DNA of 64,000 nucleotides from Selaginella moellendorffii (lineage: Eukaryota; Plantae; Lycopodiophyta). The position numbers and the translations under genes are program-made. Below the pieces are notes generated by a model. It saw only the letters and a program-made list of their open reading frames with translations. It did no database searches and was not told the origin of the DNA. Of this stretch, positions 48,145-60,716 are shown in pieces. Within the stretch, counting starts at the first letter, position 1; every line of letters begins with the position of its first letter. The DNA lies in contig NW_003314273.1 of the NCBI RefSeq assembly GCF_000143415.4, forward strand, positions 124,001 through 188,000, read 5' to 3'.

Positions 48145-49981
48145 ATGGCGGTCCAAAAACTGGTGTTGCTTGCGGTTGTAGCAGCTTGCATCTTTGCAAT
48201 CACAGGAGCCCAGAATGCAACGCAGCAGTGCCTCAACTTGGATGCCTCCCCTGTTTTGGAAAGATTCGTTGATCATGTTCCAGTTATGCGAAGAATCAAT
48301 CTCACCAGAACAAGCAGCTCAAGGCCACTCATCATCCGCGCATTCAAAGTCCAGAGGGTAAAAAACTATGCCACAAATCGTCATGAAAGTTCTTTCTTTG
48401 TTTTCTATTTTCCAGAAACTCCACAGGGATTTACCACCCACAACCGTGTACGCTTTTGGCAGAACCTCCGCGCAAGCCTCGGTGCCAGGCCCAACCCTCG
48501 TAGCATTCAAGAACAAGCGAGCTTTCGTGCGCTGGTCGAACAACATCACCGATGCCAATCACTTGCTCGCTGTCGATCCCACGCTGGACCGCGCCCAGCC
48601 CCGAGTTGGAGTTCCACTCGTCGTCCATCTCCACGGAGGAGAGACCGCGCCCCCCTACGACGGCCACCCGGATGCCTGGATCACAAATGGTGGCGAGCGA
48701 GGCCCGAATTTCACCACCAACGTCTTCCGGTACGACAATGCGCAGCCCTCCACTCTGCTCTGGTACCACGATCACTCCTTCGGCTACACGCGCTTGAGCG
48801 TCGCCGCTGGCCTCGCGGGACTCTATCACATCATCGGAAACGATGATCCCTCCTGGCTCCCGGGATCGCTCAGGGAGAACAGCGATGGCAGCCAGAACCC
48901 ATTCATCCACGACTTGGTCCTCCAGGATCGCCAGTTCTTCCCCAACGGCAGCATCAACTATCCCACCCTGGGATTCCCGCCGACAGCCTCTGTCCATCCA
49001 AACTGGTGCCCGGACTACTTTGGCGACACCATGCTCGTCAATGGCATGATCTGGCCATACTTGAACGTCTCGCGGGGCGTCCATCGCTTCCACTTCCTCA
49101 ACGCTGGGAACTCGCGCTTCTTCCTCCTCAACTTGAATCACTCCAGCCTCGCCTTCTTCAAGATTGGATCCGATGGCGGGCTGCTGACCACTCCAGTCCG
49201 GCAGACGACGCTCAACCTGGGTCCATCCGAGCGAGCCGACGTCCTGATCGATTTCTCGAGCTTGCGAGTGGGAGAAAACGTAACCATCACAAACACCGCC
49301 ACCTCCGCCTTCGACGCGGGCAAGGGAAACAACCAGTCGGTGTTCATGTTTCGTGTCACAAGCTTCCCGCCGTCCAACGCAATGCTCCCATCTAACACGA
49401 TCGATCCGGCCATGGCCAACCTCACGGTTGCGGAGACGATCCTCGCCACCACCGGCTTCAACATCTCTGCCGCCAACGTGACCGGCGTCCGCCGCCGCCA
49501 GTTCGTGATCAGCTTCAACCCCACGGTGGGGACGATCTTCTCGGACGCCAACCGCACGTTCCGCAGCCCGGTGACCGAGATCGTGCCGCTCTACACGAAC
49601 GAGATCTGGGAGTTCGTCAACACCTTTACCAACGGGGATCACCCGATACACATCCACTTGATCAATTTCTTCGCGCTGGATCAGCAGAACTACGATGTGG
49701 CGAACTTCATTCGGGGGGCGTGTAGCGTCAATACTCCGTTTCTCGATCCGACGAGCTGCTTCACAGGGAATCCTCTGGCGCCGGACGTGGATCACTTTGG
49801 ATGGAAGGACACGGCGCTGGTGAAGGCGAACCTCGTGACACGATTCTTCGTGCCCTTCCGCCCGCGCGAGGCGACCCGGTTCGCGTTTGACCCGACTATA
49901 TCTCCTGGGTATGTGTGGCATTGTCATCTCCTGGAGCACGAGGACAATGAGATGATGCGGCCATTGTTGTTCACGAATTAA
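48145..49981 (+). CDS. Secreted multicopper oxidase, LPR1/CotA/bilirubin oxidase type, 2 exons
   Basis: Signal peptide MAVQKLVLLAVVAACIFAITGA, LERFVD, KLHRDLPPTTVYAFG, and Cu motifs HLHG, WYHDH, HPIHIH and HCHLLEHEDNEMMRP. Intron ~48358-48414. Confidence 0.93.
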
Positions 49982-50226
49982 GTACTCTTCTATTTAACAT
50001 TGCACCTAAGTTCTTGGGGATGAATAGAATGGTGAGTGTGTGCTATCAAGAAGAACATAGGTCAAGAAAATGTTTGCAGAGAAGTTTCCTCACTAAAACA
50101 TTTCGCGATAGACTTGACGATATGCCAAACACTATAGAACTTTCTTTACAGCCAGGAATTTTGAGGTCTCTTTTACGACTATAGATCACAAAAATGTCTT
50201 GCAACGTAGCCTACCTAGCATGACCA

Positions 50227-50298
50227 GTCGTTGTAGTATAGTGGTAAGTATTTCCGCCTGTCACGCGGACGACCCGGGTTCGATCCCCGGCAACGGCG
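50227..50298 (+). tRNA. trnD-GUC: tRNA-Asp (GTC)
   Basis: GTCGTTGTAGTATAGTGGTAAGTATTTCCGCCTGTCACGCGGACGACCCGGGTTCGATCCCCGGCAACGGCG forms an intact cloverleaf with anticodon GTC, A and B boxes and downstream T tracts. Confidence 0.97.
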
Positions 50299-50569
50299 TT
50301 CTCTATTTTCTAGTTTTTAATTTTGGCCACCTTTAGGCTTTTTCTTCTTTTGACACGTTGAAAGTTCGATTCGCTGCTGACTCGAGCTTGCGCCTACGAC
50401 GACTAAAAAACCCTCCCGGGCGATGGAGGCGGGCGAGAAAGATTTCGCGGAGCGCCTCACGCGGTATTCCAGCTCTAGGTAGTGTAGCTCTCGTGTCGGT
50501 GCGCCAGCGCTTTGCCCTTGGCGCGGCGAGGATCGAGAGGATCAAGAAGGATCGAGGGAGAGAGCGGCG

Positions 50570-53500
50570 ATGGATTCTACCAAAATTGAGGGCTGGCTCT
50601 ATGTAATCCAACCTCACAGGCTCAGGATCCGCTTCCCCAGGAAGCGCTACTTCGTTCTCGAGGGCCGCCAGGCTACTTGTTACAAATCCAAGCCCATCCA
50701 CGATGGCGAGAAGGTAAAATTTCCTCTTCTCTCTCTATCTCTTGGATTGATTAATGTTTTGTGAGTTTGTTCTTGTGATGATGCATTGTTCTTGTTCTAC
50801 AGCAATCTTTGAAAAAGGGCGTTATTCAGCCATACACTAAAGTCGTTGACAATGGAAGGGAGAATATCCATGGCCAGGTGATTGAGAGATTTCCTTTATT
50901 CTCTCCTCTTGCATTGCTGCTGGGCTGAGGAAGAATTTTGCACAGGTTTTGCATACCTTCACTCTCTCCGATCCAAGCTTTGATCAACAACAAATGAAGG
51001 TTTGAGAGTCCCTCTTTCTTTCGTTCTTCGGTCTTTGTTGGTTGTGAACTTGCTTATGAGATGCTTTGCTATAGCTCGCGGCACGGACTGCTGAAGAAGC
51101 AGCAAAATGGATGTCCGCTTTTAGGGACGCTGCAAGTGTAAGGTGAAAATGGACTCGCGTTGCGGTTTTACTAACAGACATGCCGACCTTTGTCCTAGAG
51201 CCAAGCTCCCCTCAGGCAAAACTTGGCAGTTCCGAAAAGAAAGCCATATTTTAGGTGCGTCCTGTCCATTTCTTCTGCCAACTTGTTACATTTTTAATGC
51301 GAAATTCTGGCTCTTCCCCAGATTTTTTGAACGAGGGCGAGAGGGAGGCCAAGGTAATTGATATGCTCTAAGACAGTTTAACGTAACTCTTTACTTTCTC
51401 TACAGAAGTTCCTGATTGGACTGGCTTTTGGACTTCCATGAGGGAGCAAGGAGACGTCATTGCAGAATCGCCTTGGAAAATTCTTGGCTGTAAGAATGGT
51501 GAGTGGCTTTACTTCTTCCCGAGGACGTTCTGATAACCATGTACCAGGCCTGAGGTTATTCCGGGAGTCTTCGAAATCAAAGGGGAGATTTACAAGTAAG
51601 GTACCAGCAATATTTGATCAGCAGATTCAGCAGTCTTGCTGCCTTTGCTCAACAATAGAGTGCAGTTTGCAGATGACCATCCCGCGATTATGGCTGTTGG
51701 AGTTGTAAAAGCACCTTGTGAGTCCGTTTTCGATACCGTTATGGCGTTGGGAGATTCACGCGCAGAGTAAGACGTGTGTGTTTGCGGTTGCAGACCCAAC
51801 AGTGTGCGTATCCTCAGGTGGGATTTTTGCTACTCAACGGGACGAATTGTGGAGCGCATAGATGGTCATACAGATATCGTTCACAAGCAGCTGCGTAGAA
51901 AATGGCTCCCCGGGTAAGTTTGTCGCTGCATTGTTGATATAATATAATGCTTTCGAGTTTAGACACATGCGCGGGCGAGATTTGTTATTTCATAGATATT
52001 GGCGCCGTGAATATGATGGTTCATATGGTAAGCTTTTGATAATTATTCTGACCATGGATACTATACTCTGTCCTTGCCTCCTTTTCGCAGTAATTTTGTA
52101 TCGTTCAGTGAGCCGCAAGGACTGCCCTACACGATCAGGAACAGTGCGGGCCAAATTAAAAAGTGAGCCGACATTCGACACTTTTCTACGGTGGGTTTAG
52201 TTTTTGGTGCTTGCAGGTGGCGGCTATGTAATATCCCCTCTGACCGGTGAAGGAGAGCAACCTGCACGGTCACTTGTCAGGCACATGTTGGAAATTGATT
52301 GGAACACCTGGAAATCTCACTTCAAACCTTCTCGTGTTCAGAAAATCACGCTTCGCATGCTCGAGAGGATTGCTGGTATCAGTGATGTTCTCTAGTTAAA
52401 ATCTGATATTCTGACGTTTTCAACTTTCAGGTTTGAGGGAACTGTATAAAGCGAAAGTAATTGAGCCGACGTGGGTGGATGCCTCTCGGGAATTCGACGA
52501 TCAAGCAGCCAAGGAAGAAAAGGAAGAAAATGAAGAACGAGCGATCGTCGTCAGCGATCAGGAACCAAAGAGTGCTCATATCGACGAGCAAGAGTCATTC
52601 CTCCGGGTGAACGACACGGACGAGTTTTTTGACGCTCCGGACGACTCCGATCAGGAAGATTTGCCCGATGACATGCTGCGTTCCGTAAGTGAGACCGAAG
52701 GCACCGAAGAATTTGAGCCTGAGACTAAATCGGTAGGAAGTATCCTTCTTTTTGCCGAGGTAATATCTCCTGCCTGTTTTTATTATAGCTTCCCAAGTTT
52801 TCAAAGACCGCAAGTTTTGTCAAGCGCATACATGCCCTTGCAGCAGCAGGTAACATCGATCATTTTTTATTTTTTATTTCCTGGTAAACTTGTTTTAACG
52901 CAGCTCACAAAAAGGGAGCTCAACCTCAAACAGAGTTCTCCTCGCGAGACGCCGAATTACTAGATCGCGAAGGCACACTTCCAAAGTCGTCCTTTTACTG
53001 CAGCTGGAGTGCGGCTGATCCGTCCACTTTCCTGATTCGTGGAAAGAATTATTTACGGGATAATAAGAAGGTAAAGGCCAAGGAAACGCTAATGCAGCTG
53101 GTTGCAGTCGACTGGTTTACATCCAACCAACGGGAAGACCACATTGCCTCTCGGGAAAATACCTTTATGCAGGTGCGTAGTGGTCCATAAATCTTTTTGG
53201 CCACTTTTGAGCTTTATCAACTTTGCAGAAGCCTAAAGTTCGAAAGCTTGGCAGGTCGTTTTTCTTCATTGTTAATCTTCAGGTTTTGTGCTTTCTATAT
53301 TACATAGCTCTCTCCATTCTGATTCTCTCGACGCAGGTCCCGGGCTCCCCGACGTACTCCCTGGTCTTTTACTACATGCTGAAACAGTCGCTCGATCAGA
53401 TTCCCTTGCTGGAAAAGTTTGTGAACGGAGGTGACAGATTCCGTAGCTCAACTTTTAAGCTCATCCCTCACGTAGCAGAGGTATAAGTGCTCTATCGCAC

Positions 53501-53952
53501 TCCGGCCTTTGCAAAAGTTAATGTGTCGTTCACAGGGCTCTTGGATTGTCAAGCAGAGCGTTGGAAAAACCGCCTGTCTCATTGGAGAGGCGTTAGATCT
53601 ACACTACTTTCATGGGAAAAACTACCTAGAGGTAGGTAATAGTTAGTTTTTCTATGCCTGTAAAAGCCTTGGCAATTTCTTTTGCAGCTGGACGTGGATG
53701 TGGGTGCTTCATCTGTCGCTCGGGGTGTAGTGAGCCTGGTGTTTGGTTACATGAGCAAGCTGGTTGTGGAGATGGCCTTTTTGATACAGGTACTCTTTTT
53801 CAAGGCAGAATTCCTTGACCAACAAATGTAAAAACAACACCAAATTTGTGCAGGCGAACACCGAAGAGGATCTTCCAGAGATGCTACTTGGTACATGTCG
53901 TGTTTCGTCGCTGGATGTGTCCAAGGCCGTGCAGCTGAATCCATCAGCGTGA
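50570..53952 (+). CDS. Second EDR2-like PH-START-DUF1336 protein, many exons
   Basis: MDSTKIEGWLY...RKRYFVL, VVDNGRE, WKILGCKNGLRLF, HPAIMAVGVV, DGHTDIVH, RYWRREYDGSY, GGYVISP, DEFFDAP, FLIRGKNYL, FKLIP, LDVDVGASSVARG and EDLPEMLLGT. Confidence 0.93.
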
Positions 53953-54479
53953 CTCCAAGAATTTGGTAAGCCATAGAGAGTTCTATTTGTTTTCCTCTCC
54001 TTTTTTCTGCTCAAGCAGGCAATACCCTTCCAATTCCAGGCTTTAAAAAACTCGTCCTGTGCGCAGGGGAGAGAGGCCCCCTTAGAAACTTCTGAGGGTT
54101 ACAGTCGCTAGTACCTTGCTTGCACTAATAACTCATGAAGGTCATCTGACCAGTGGACGTCCTGGTTCCAATATGTTTAAGAGCTGGGCTGCCAGTAAAG
54201 ATTCTCCACGCTCGACTTTTTGTGTTGCTGCTGTAAAAACTGAATAAAAAAGTGAGTGTCTTGGCGCACCTTGTTATATGCCTTCCACTCAAGTCAGTAT
54301 TGGGTTAACTATCCTCATTCTTTGCCCCTGTTTTGTCTTCAAAACGAGTTTTAATGTGTTCTCATGATGATCTAAGTATAACAATGTATTTTTTTACTAT
54401 TGTTGAGGAACAAAAACACTTTAAAGACTTTAAGCTGGAAGTATAGAGACGTGTTCCCATTGTTGTGAGATTGGTCGGA

Positions 54480-56080
54480 AGGATTTTTTGGAAAAGTACT
54501 TCATGATTTTTAAATCTGCAGTTTCTTATTTCAAATTAAGTTCTAACAAGATTGTCAATGAATGATCTCACCACATATGACAGCATTAAAAACATGATAT
54601 AAAATTTAAAGACACTTTGATGAATGATTTGAACTATTTAATAGAGATTATAAAAGAAAGAATGTAGTATATTTCTTCCATTTTAAACATATCCACCTTA
54701 GTGTAGTGCTTAGCAATTGAGAAGGCATAAGTTTGAGAAAGGATTTGAAGAGATAGAAACAAATTAAGGCCTTTAATCACTAGTAATATTTTCTGAGACT
54801 ATGAAGATGGAAAATTTCTTTGTAAATAAGTTTGGTTAATTGTTTTCCATCAATTGTCTTTTTATGAAGAATTCCCAAAATTGATCAAATCCATCTCAAA
54901 ATTGATAAAATCAAAAACCACCATATATAGAAAGAAATTGATTGTCAAGTTTTTTGAACAAATGGATTTGAGGCCTTTGTTTAGTATGCCTTTTATAAAT
55001 ATAAAATTGAAGGAGTGAGTAAAAAGTTTGTGCAAAGGAATTGATTTTGAAGCAAAAGAAATCCAAAAGACTCTAATGTCAAAATTTGAATAGAAAGTCT
55101 TTAAGTGATAGTGTGATATAACTATATTGAGTAAAAGTATCAACTTTCCTATTCACTTTTCATTAGTAATATATAATTATAAACTAACTGAATAGTAATT
55201 ATAACCACTGAGTTTGACACTAATTGAGGATACATACCAAAGACCAAAACTAAAAGTTGTTGTAATTGTGATCATATGGAAAAGACTTTTAAAGGAAATG
55301 AAAGCTTCAAAGGCCTAAAATTGCAAATTAATCTCTACAGTGGTATATTTCAAAGAGTGGGTGAATCTTGTTATTTAATTCCTCTTGCAACAAGATAGTG
55401 TATAAAATAAAACTTGAAGCATTTGCCTCAATAAAATAAAATTTTGTTTTATCTATATAGATGAAAAGTAAAGTAGAAGTGAATGTAAACTTCAGAAAAT
55501 CAAAGAAATTTAAATAGCAAAAGACTATTAAAAAAAGGTACTCTTTATAGTGAATCACATTAAAAGAAGAATGATTTTGGAAACTTTTTGAATGAAACAC
55601 TGATAAAAGTTCATAAAACAAAAAAATATAAAACATCATAAATTAAAAGTTGGATATTGCTACTAAAAATATGCTACTAAAAAATGGTGAAAACTTTAGG
55701 TAAGAAATATGATAAAATAATATAGCCAGAAAATTTCACCAAAACTTTATCAAAGGAATATTTCTTCATTATTGAAGATGCTAAAGAAAAAGACAAACAT
55801 GATAGTTATGTTTTCCTTTTAAAAAAGATAAAAATATCATCAAAAAAGATGAAAATATTGTTTGCCATTTGTTGGAAAATAGCAAAAGTGTTAGTTACAC
55901 TATAAAGTATTACTATATACTTGAAGTGGTTATAACTAGTATGGAATGGTGTTTTCCAATCATTCCGTTTCTAAATGCAAATAAAATTGTAAATATTATA
56001 CAAATTAATTTAGTTGAAGAACCAAGATTTGAAAAGCTACAACAATATTTAATAAATTAATATATATTAATTAATTAGGA
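54480..56080 (-). mobile_element. Degenerate, internally deleted Ty3/gypsy pol remnant (RT, RNase H, integrase)
   Basis: Minus-strand translation at 55855-56020 gives FFN*INLYNIYNFICI*KRNDWKTPFHTSYNHFKYIVILYSVTNTFAIFQQMANNIF, close to the gypsy RT core. RNase H-like IEANASSFILYTILLQ lies at ~55385-55440 and integrase-like residues at ~54770-54950. Confidence 0.8.
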
Positions 56081-56189
56081 ATGGTGAGTTTGTTGAGATT
56101 ATAATAGTCAACTACCAAATAAAGAAACTCATTTTTTTTGGACACATATGAATTTGAGAATTCCTAATAAAACAATTAGAAAGATTCTT

Positions 56190-57260
56190 TTTGATATTAG
56201 TCTTCTCTAACCCCTTATTTTGTTTTATGGCTTTCAATATTTGTATAAATTTCCTTATTGATCTTTTATATTATCAAGGATTTGCAAAATCCTTGTTGTG
56301 GTCAATTGATTTATCAAATTAGCACATTTTTGCCATATTAAAAGACAATTGATGGAAAGCACTTGTTTTAGCTTATATATAAAGAAATTTTCTGTCTTCA
56401 TGAATTGCTAAATGATATTATCTTCTATAAGTGATCATTTTCAAATTTTTCCACCTTTTAGGGTCATTTTATTTTCTTCTTTCACATACTATCCATGAAC
56501 AAGTATCAAAAAATCTTGAATAGTATTTTTGATACTTTATTTCCCATCAACAGAATGATTAAATTGATCTCCTTCATTTTGTTGAGTTTTTTTATAATAG
56601 TTTTCAATACTATTTAACATATCACTTTTCATTTTTCATCAACTATGACCTTCATCTTTATAGGTTATATTTATTTCTTCCAACACTTAATCTTATAAAT
56701 GGTTCCATTGTTATTCATGCTATTGCTTTAAATTTTGTTCATGTACCATTACTTTTCTCATTACTATGTTGTTGATTATTCCCAATTGAATCAAAGGTTT
56801 GGCAACATTGTTGACATTGGAAAATCACAAACTCTTCAAGTTTGAGATTTATACCATCTTTGACTCAAAGTGTAAATACTATAAATTGTATTATTTGTTT
56901 GACTGATTTGGGTATTTTCCTAAAAATCACATTTATAAGCTTATTTCTCATTGTGTTTATAAGTTTAAGGAGTTTAAGGTTCTACCAACCTTGATTTGAA
57001 GTACCAATATCATAGATTATATTATTTATTTAGTTAGCTTAGATATTCTTCTAGTGATTGTACTTGAAAGTATTTCTTATATATATATATATATTGTTAA
57101 TTAGTTATAAATTAACAATATCCACTTAAGTTTAGTCTTACATCACTTTAATTGCAATTTGGTGCTTGGCATTAGAGGGGGAGGGGGGGATGGGATGTCA
57201 TGTATTTACTATCTATTTGTGAGCATGTTTATGATTACTAGCCACAATGGGAGTCAAACC
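56190..57260 (+). mobile_element. Degenerate gypsy integrase remnant with polypurine tract and LTR start
   Basis: Frameshifted integrase-like segment at 56240-56600 (resembling KTIDGK...KEIF.LH.L.NDII), then AGAGGGGGAGGGGGGGA (PPT, 57174-57190) and TGTCA at 57196. Confidence 0.6.
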
Positions 57261-59689
57261 TTAAACCTCTATATATGAGATTTGAACTCAAGATTAATAT
57301 AAGTTCTTGAATTTGGATTTTTAGTATTATTCAACTATAAAAATGCTTAACTCTATATATGTAGGACACAGGTTTTGACTATATACCCTATAGTAATTTA
57401 CTATATGATAACTATAAGGCAACTATTGAATACATATGCCGGAATTTGAGGTTTAAAGTTTTGAGCCACTAAATGAAGGGATGGAATTAAACTCTTAAGA
57501 AACAAGAGCATAGAACATGAATGTACATCCAAGATGTAGAGGCATAAAAACATAAAGCAATACCACTAGAATAGTTTTAAAGTTTTCAATATCTATATTA
57601 AGATCAACATACAAAACAAAGGCAAATGAAGTTTAATGCTTTTTTAGCATTGGTACCCTAACACAAGGATATAAATATTCCATCAGTTAATATAGTATAG
57701 AGTTTAGGCTTAAACCCATGTAGAAGAAAAAAACAAACAATACCCTTATATAAAAACATGTTTTGGGCTTTTACTCCAATCTCTTAAGAGTTGGCTTTTA
57801 GGACAAACTCAAAAACTTTATAAATATGAAATGGTGTTAAATTGTGAATTTAAGCATAAGAACAATATTGTCGTGTTTAACACAATCTTTACATTTTGTA
57901 AATATGCCTCATTAACAAATCTAGACACTTTCCATAAATAATTAATAGAACCAAAATAAGACTAACGTGTCTTGGTAAGTTATCTTAGGCTTAATATTGC
58001 AAAAGTTCTTAACACTAGCAAGTGTAAGCCAATGAATGAGTTTCTTTAACCAAATCAAATATATTTTATTAATAGCAGTTAGGAATTCTATCCAGATGTG
58101 GCATTTGGAATTATATATAAATTTAAATTCACTTAAAATATATATACATATCATAAAAAGTGTTTTAAGAACTTTGAATATTCAACATAGATCCATTTTT
58201 TATTCTTGATTTATTAAGCATTTTATTAGTAGCTTTATCATCTTCCCTTCTCATGATGACAAGATTCTAATAGATAATATAAATTAATTTTGAGAATGCT
58301 ATCTTTATCATTGGTAGTGAAATTGTACACAAATCCTATCTTGGGAGAGTTTTGATATTGAAAAAGAATTCACTGAAACTTGAAGAACATAGAGAATATA
58401 GTGTAATATTTTATTGAGAACTGATTCAATCCCACAAATTTGGATTGATAAACCACAAACTATATGAACACTTTGATCAAACCTAGCAAAATTAAGGCTT
58501 GAGGAAGCAAGTTTATTTGCTGACAAAATGTGTGTTACAATCCACCACTTTATGGTGTTATATGATGTTATATAAAGAAAATAGAGACCTTAGTATTCAT
58601 GTGATTCACCATCCTCAAATTTAACAACGTTTGCTTAAGGACAATTCTTTTGCTTTATGTACTGATTGACAAATGGCCTTTGCCTTGTCTCCAACTTCAT
58701 GACATCTGTAACAACACTTTAGTCCAAACTTTCCCTAACACTGTTTAAACAAGGAAAGGCCATTGTTAGTGTGCTTTCCGCCAATTCTATGCAGTAGTTA
58801 GTACTGATGATGTTGTTGCTGTTGTGTTTGTCCAAACACTTGAGTGTATAAATGCTTTTTCATAGCATCTAGATCAAGCTCCTGTCCATCCCAACATAGG
58901 ATGATGATCCTCTAATAGTAGCCACCATAGGTGTGTTCCGAGTCATCTATAGCTTGAATGCCTCTCTTTACAACCTCCTTTGTGGGATGTTGCAAGGGAG
59001 GAGAGATGCTGCTTGATGTACTTGAAATTACTAACTATCATCATGATTTCTACTTTTTGCAGACTCTCCTGGTTGCATGTGGCAATTGACAAGCTTTGTC
59101 ATCTCATTGTGCTGAGCCAGCCATGACATGTTGATTTCCCAGGCACCAGCTATTATGGCATGAACAGAATCCTCTTGCTTCATGATCTAGTAGCGATCTA
59201 TGTTTGTATCCTTGTTGATCTTTTGGACTGCTACACAGCATGCCTCATGCTCTTCACACGGAAGAGTTTCTTCAATCTAAGGCAGATTGATTGACAACAA
59301 GCTTGCATCAATGGAAAGTTTGAAACCATGGTATCAAAGAAAGATAGTAATCAGAGTTCTTGTTCTTCTCCTCTTTACCATGCTTGCAAAAGAGAGAAGA
59401 CAGGAGCAAAAAAGCAAGATTCACGCCGACGAAGTTTTAAGAATAAAAGTGATTTGTCATACCCCATTGTGCGAATGAGAATTCTTGCTTGAATTGTGGG
59501 ATATTGCAAATCTAGTCAAGGCTTGCAGCTCGCTATCTACGAGTGATAAACCTTGATGATGTGATTTTGGGTTCTCAATCCAGTGCATTAGGAACTTTTG
59601 AGCAAGACATTTCACTATAGGTCCAGCCACTAGTACTACAGGCTTCTTCCTCTATTTCAGATGTAGATTGTTAAGTCTTAAAACCTGTT

Positions 59690-59730
59690 TTCAATCTAAT
59701 ACCATGTTGAGATTAAAAGGATTAAATATA
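59690..59730 (-). mobile_element. Possible LTR end plus degenerate tRNA-Met PBS
   Basis: Minus strand reads ...AATCTCAACA TGGTATTAGA..., at the right edge of the decayed island. Confidence 0.3.
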
Positions 59731-60716
59731 CTTGCTTGCAGCCTCGAAATTTTCAGCTGGCTTGGAACGTTCTGAAGGTCAAAGAATCTCTGCATGAGTA
59801 GCACGCTGCACCTGTGACATGCCTCGTGCTACATTATAAATATTCGCAAAATAATGGAATCTAGACGTATTCCCACTTGCTAAGCCAACGAGCGCTGACG
59901 TTGCACAGTGTGTGGCGCTTGCGTGTAATAAAAGAGAATTTTTTCTCCTCCGTATTTTTAAGAGTTGGTGGGATTGTGATAATGCGTTAATGATGTGCTT
60001 GGTGGCACCCAATGGATTCTCCAAACAATGGATGGCAAAGAATCGCCCAGCGAGAGCCCACCCAGAAATCATCCAAGCTCGAAAACAACTGGATGGAGAA
60101 AATTTTTAGGCAACATTGACACTGGTGATTTTATGATTGTGGTGCTGATTAAAATCCAAGCTTCTATCTCAAATCTAGCTGGCAACACAAATCCATTTAA
60201 GCAAGCTAGACTTTGGACAAATGCCTCCCATTCTTTGTCCGCTTGCATGGTGTGATGTGTGAAGTGTGGTGGACAAGTTTTGGGCGTATGCCGCAAGAAT
60301 CGAGCCCACGACCGAGCACATTCCAGGGCATATGCGCGAGAATTTTGCGCCAGCTGGCCGCCAGGCTGTCATTTTCTTGCCTTGGTTTTAGGCGTCGTCA
60401 AGGATTTAGGGTTTTATGATTTTTTCTGTGCGAGCAGGGGAGGGCGGGGCGATCCTCTCCACCGCCATAGCCAGCAAGGAGATCGATCGGTGATCGGCGC
60501 CGCCCTCCCGTCTCGGTAATCCGGGCCGCATTCCCTGCGATCCAACGCGCAGATCTTTTGTTTCTTCGTTTTTTTCTCCCCTTTTTTTCTTTCTTTCTTT
60601 GGTTTCGAGCTTCGTTTCTTCGTAGCCTCTATAGAGTTTTCTTCTCTTTCGATCTGCTTTTCTTCTTTTCGATTCTTTTGTATATTTGGTAGCGAGCTTC
60701 AAGCTAGGCGAGGGCG

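Noticed and set aside
48431-49939. 502-aa antisense ORF opposite the multicopper oxidase
   Set aside because: Shadow ORF produced by GC3-rich codon usage of the real gene; no domain motifs.
51995-52008. GATATTGGCGC resembling a miR171 target
   Set aside because: Only 11 nt match, explained by the conserved RYWRR codons of the START domain.
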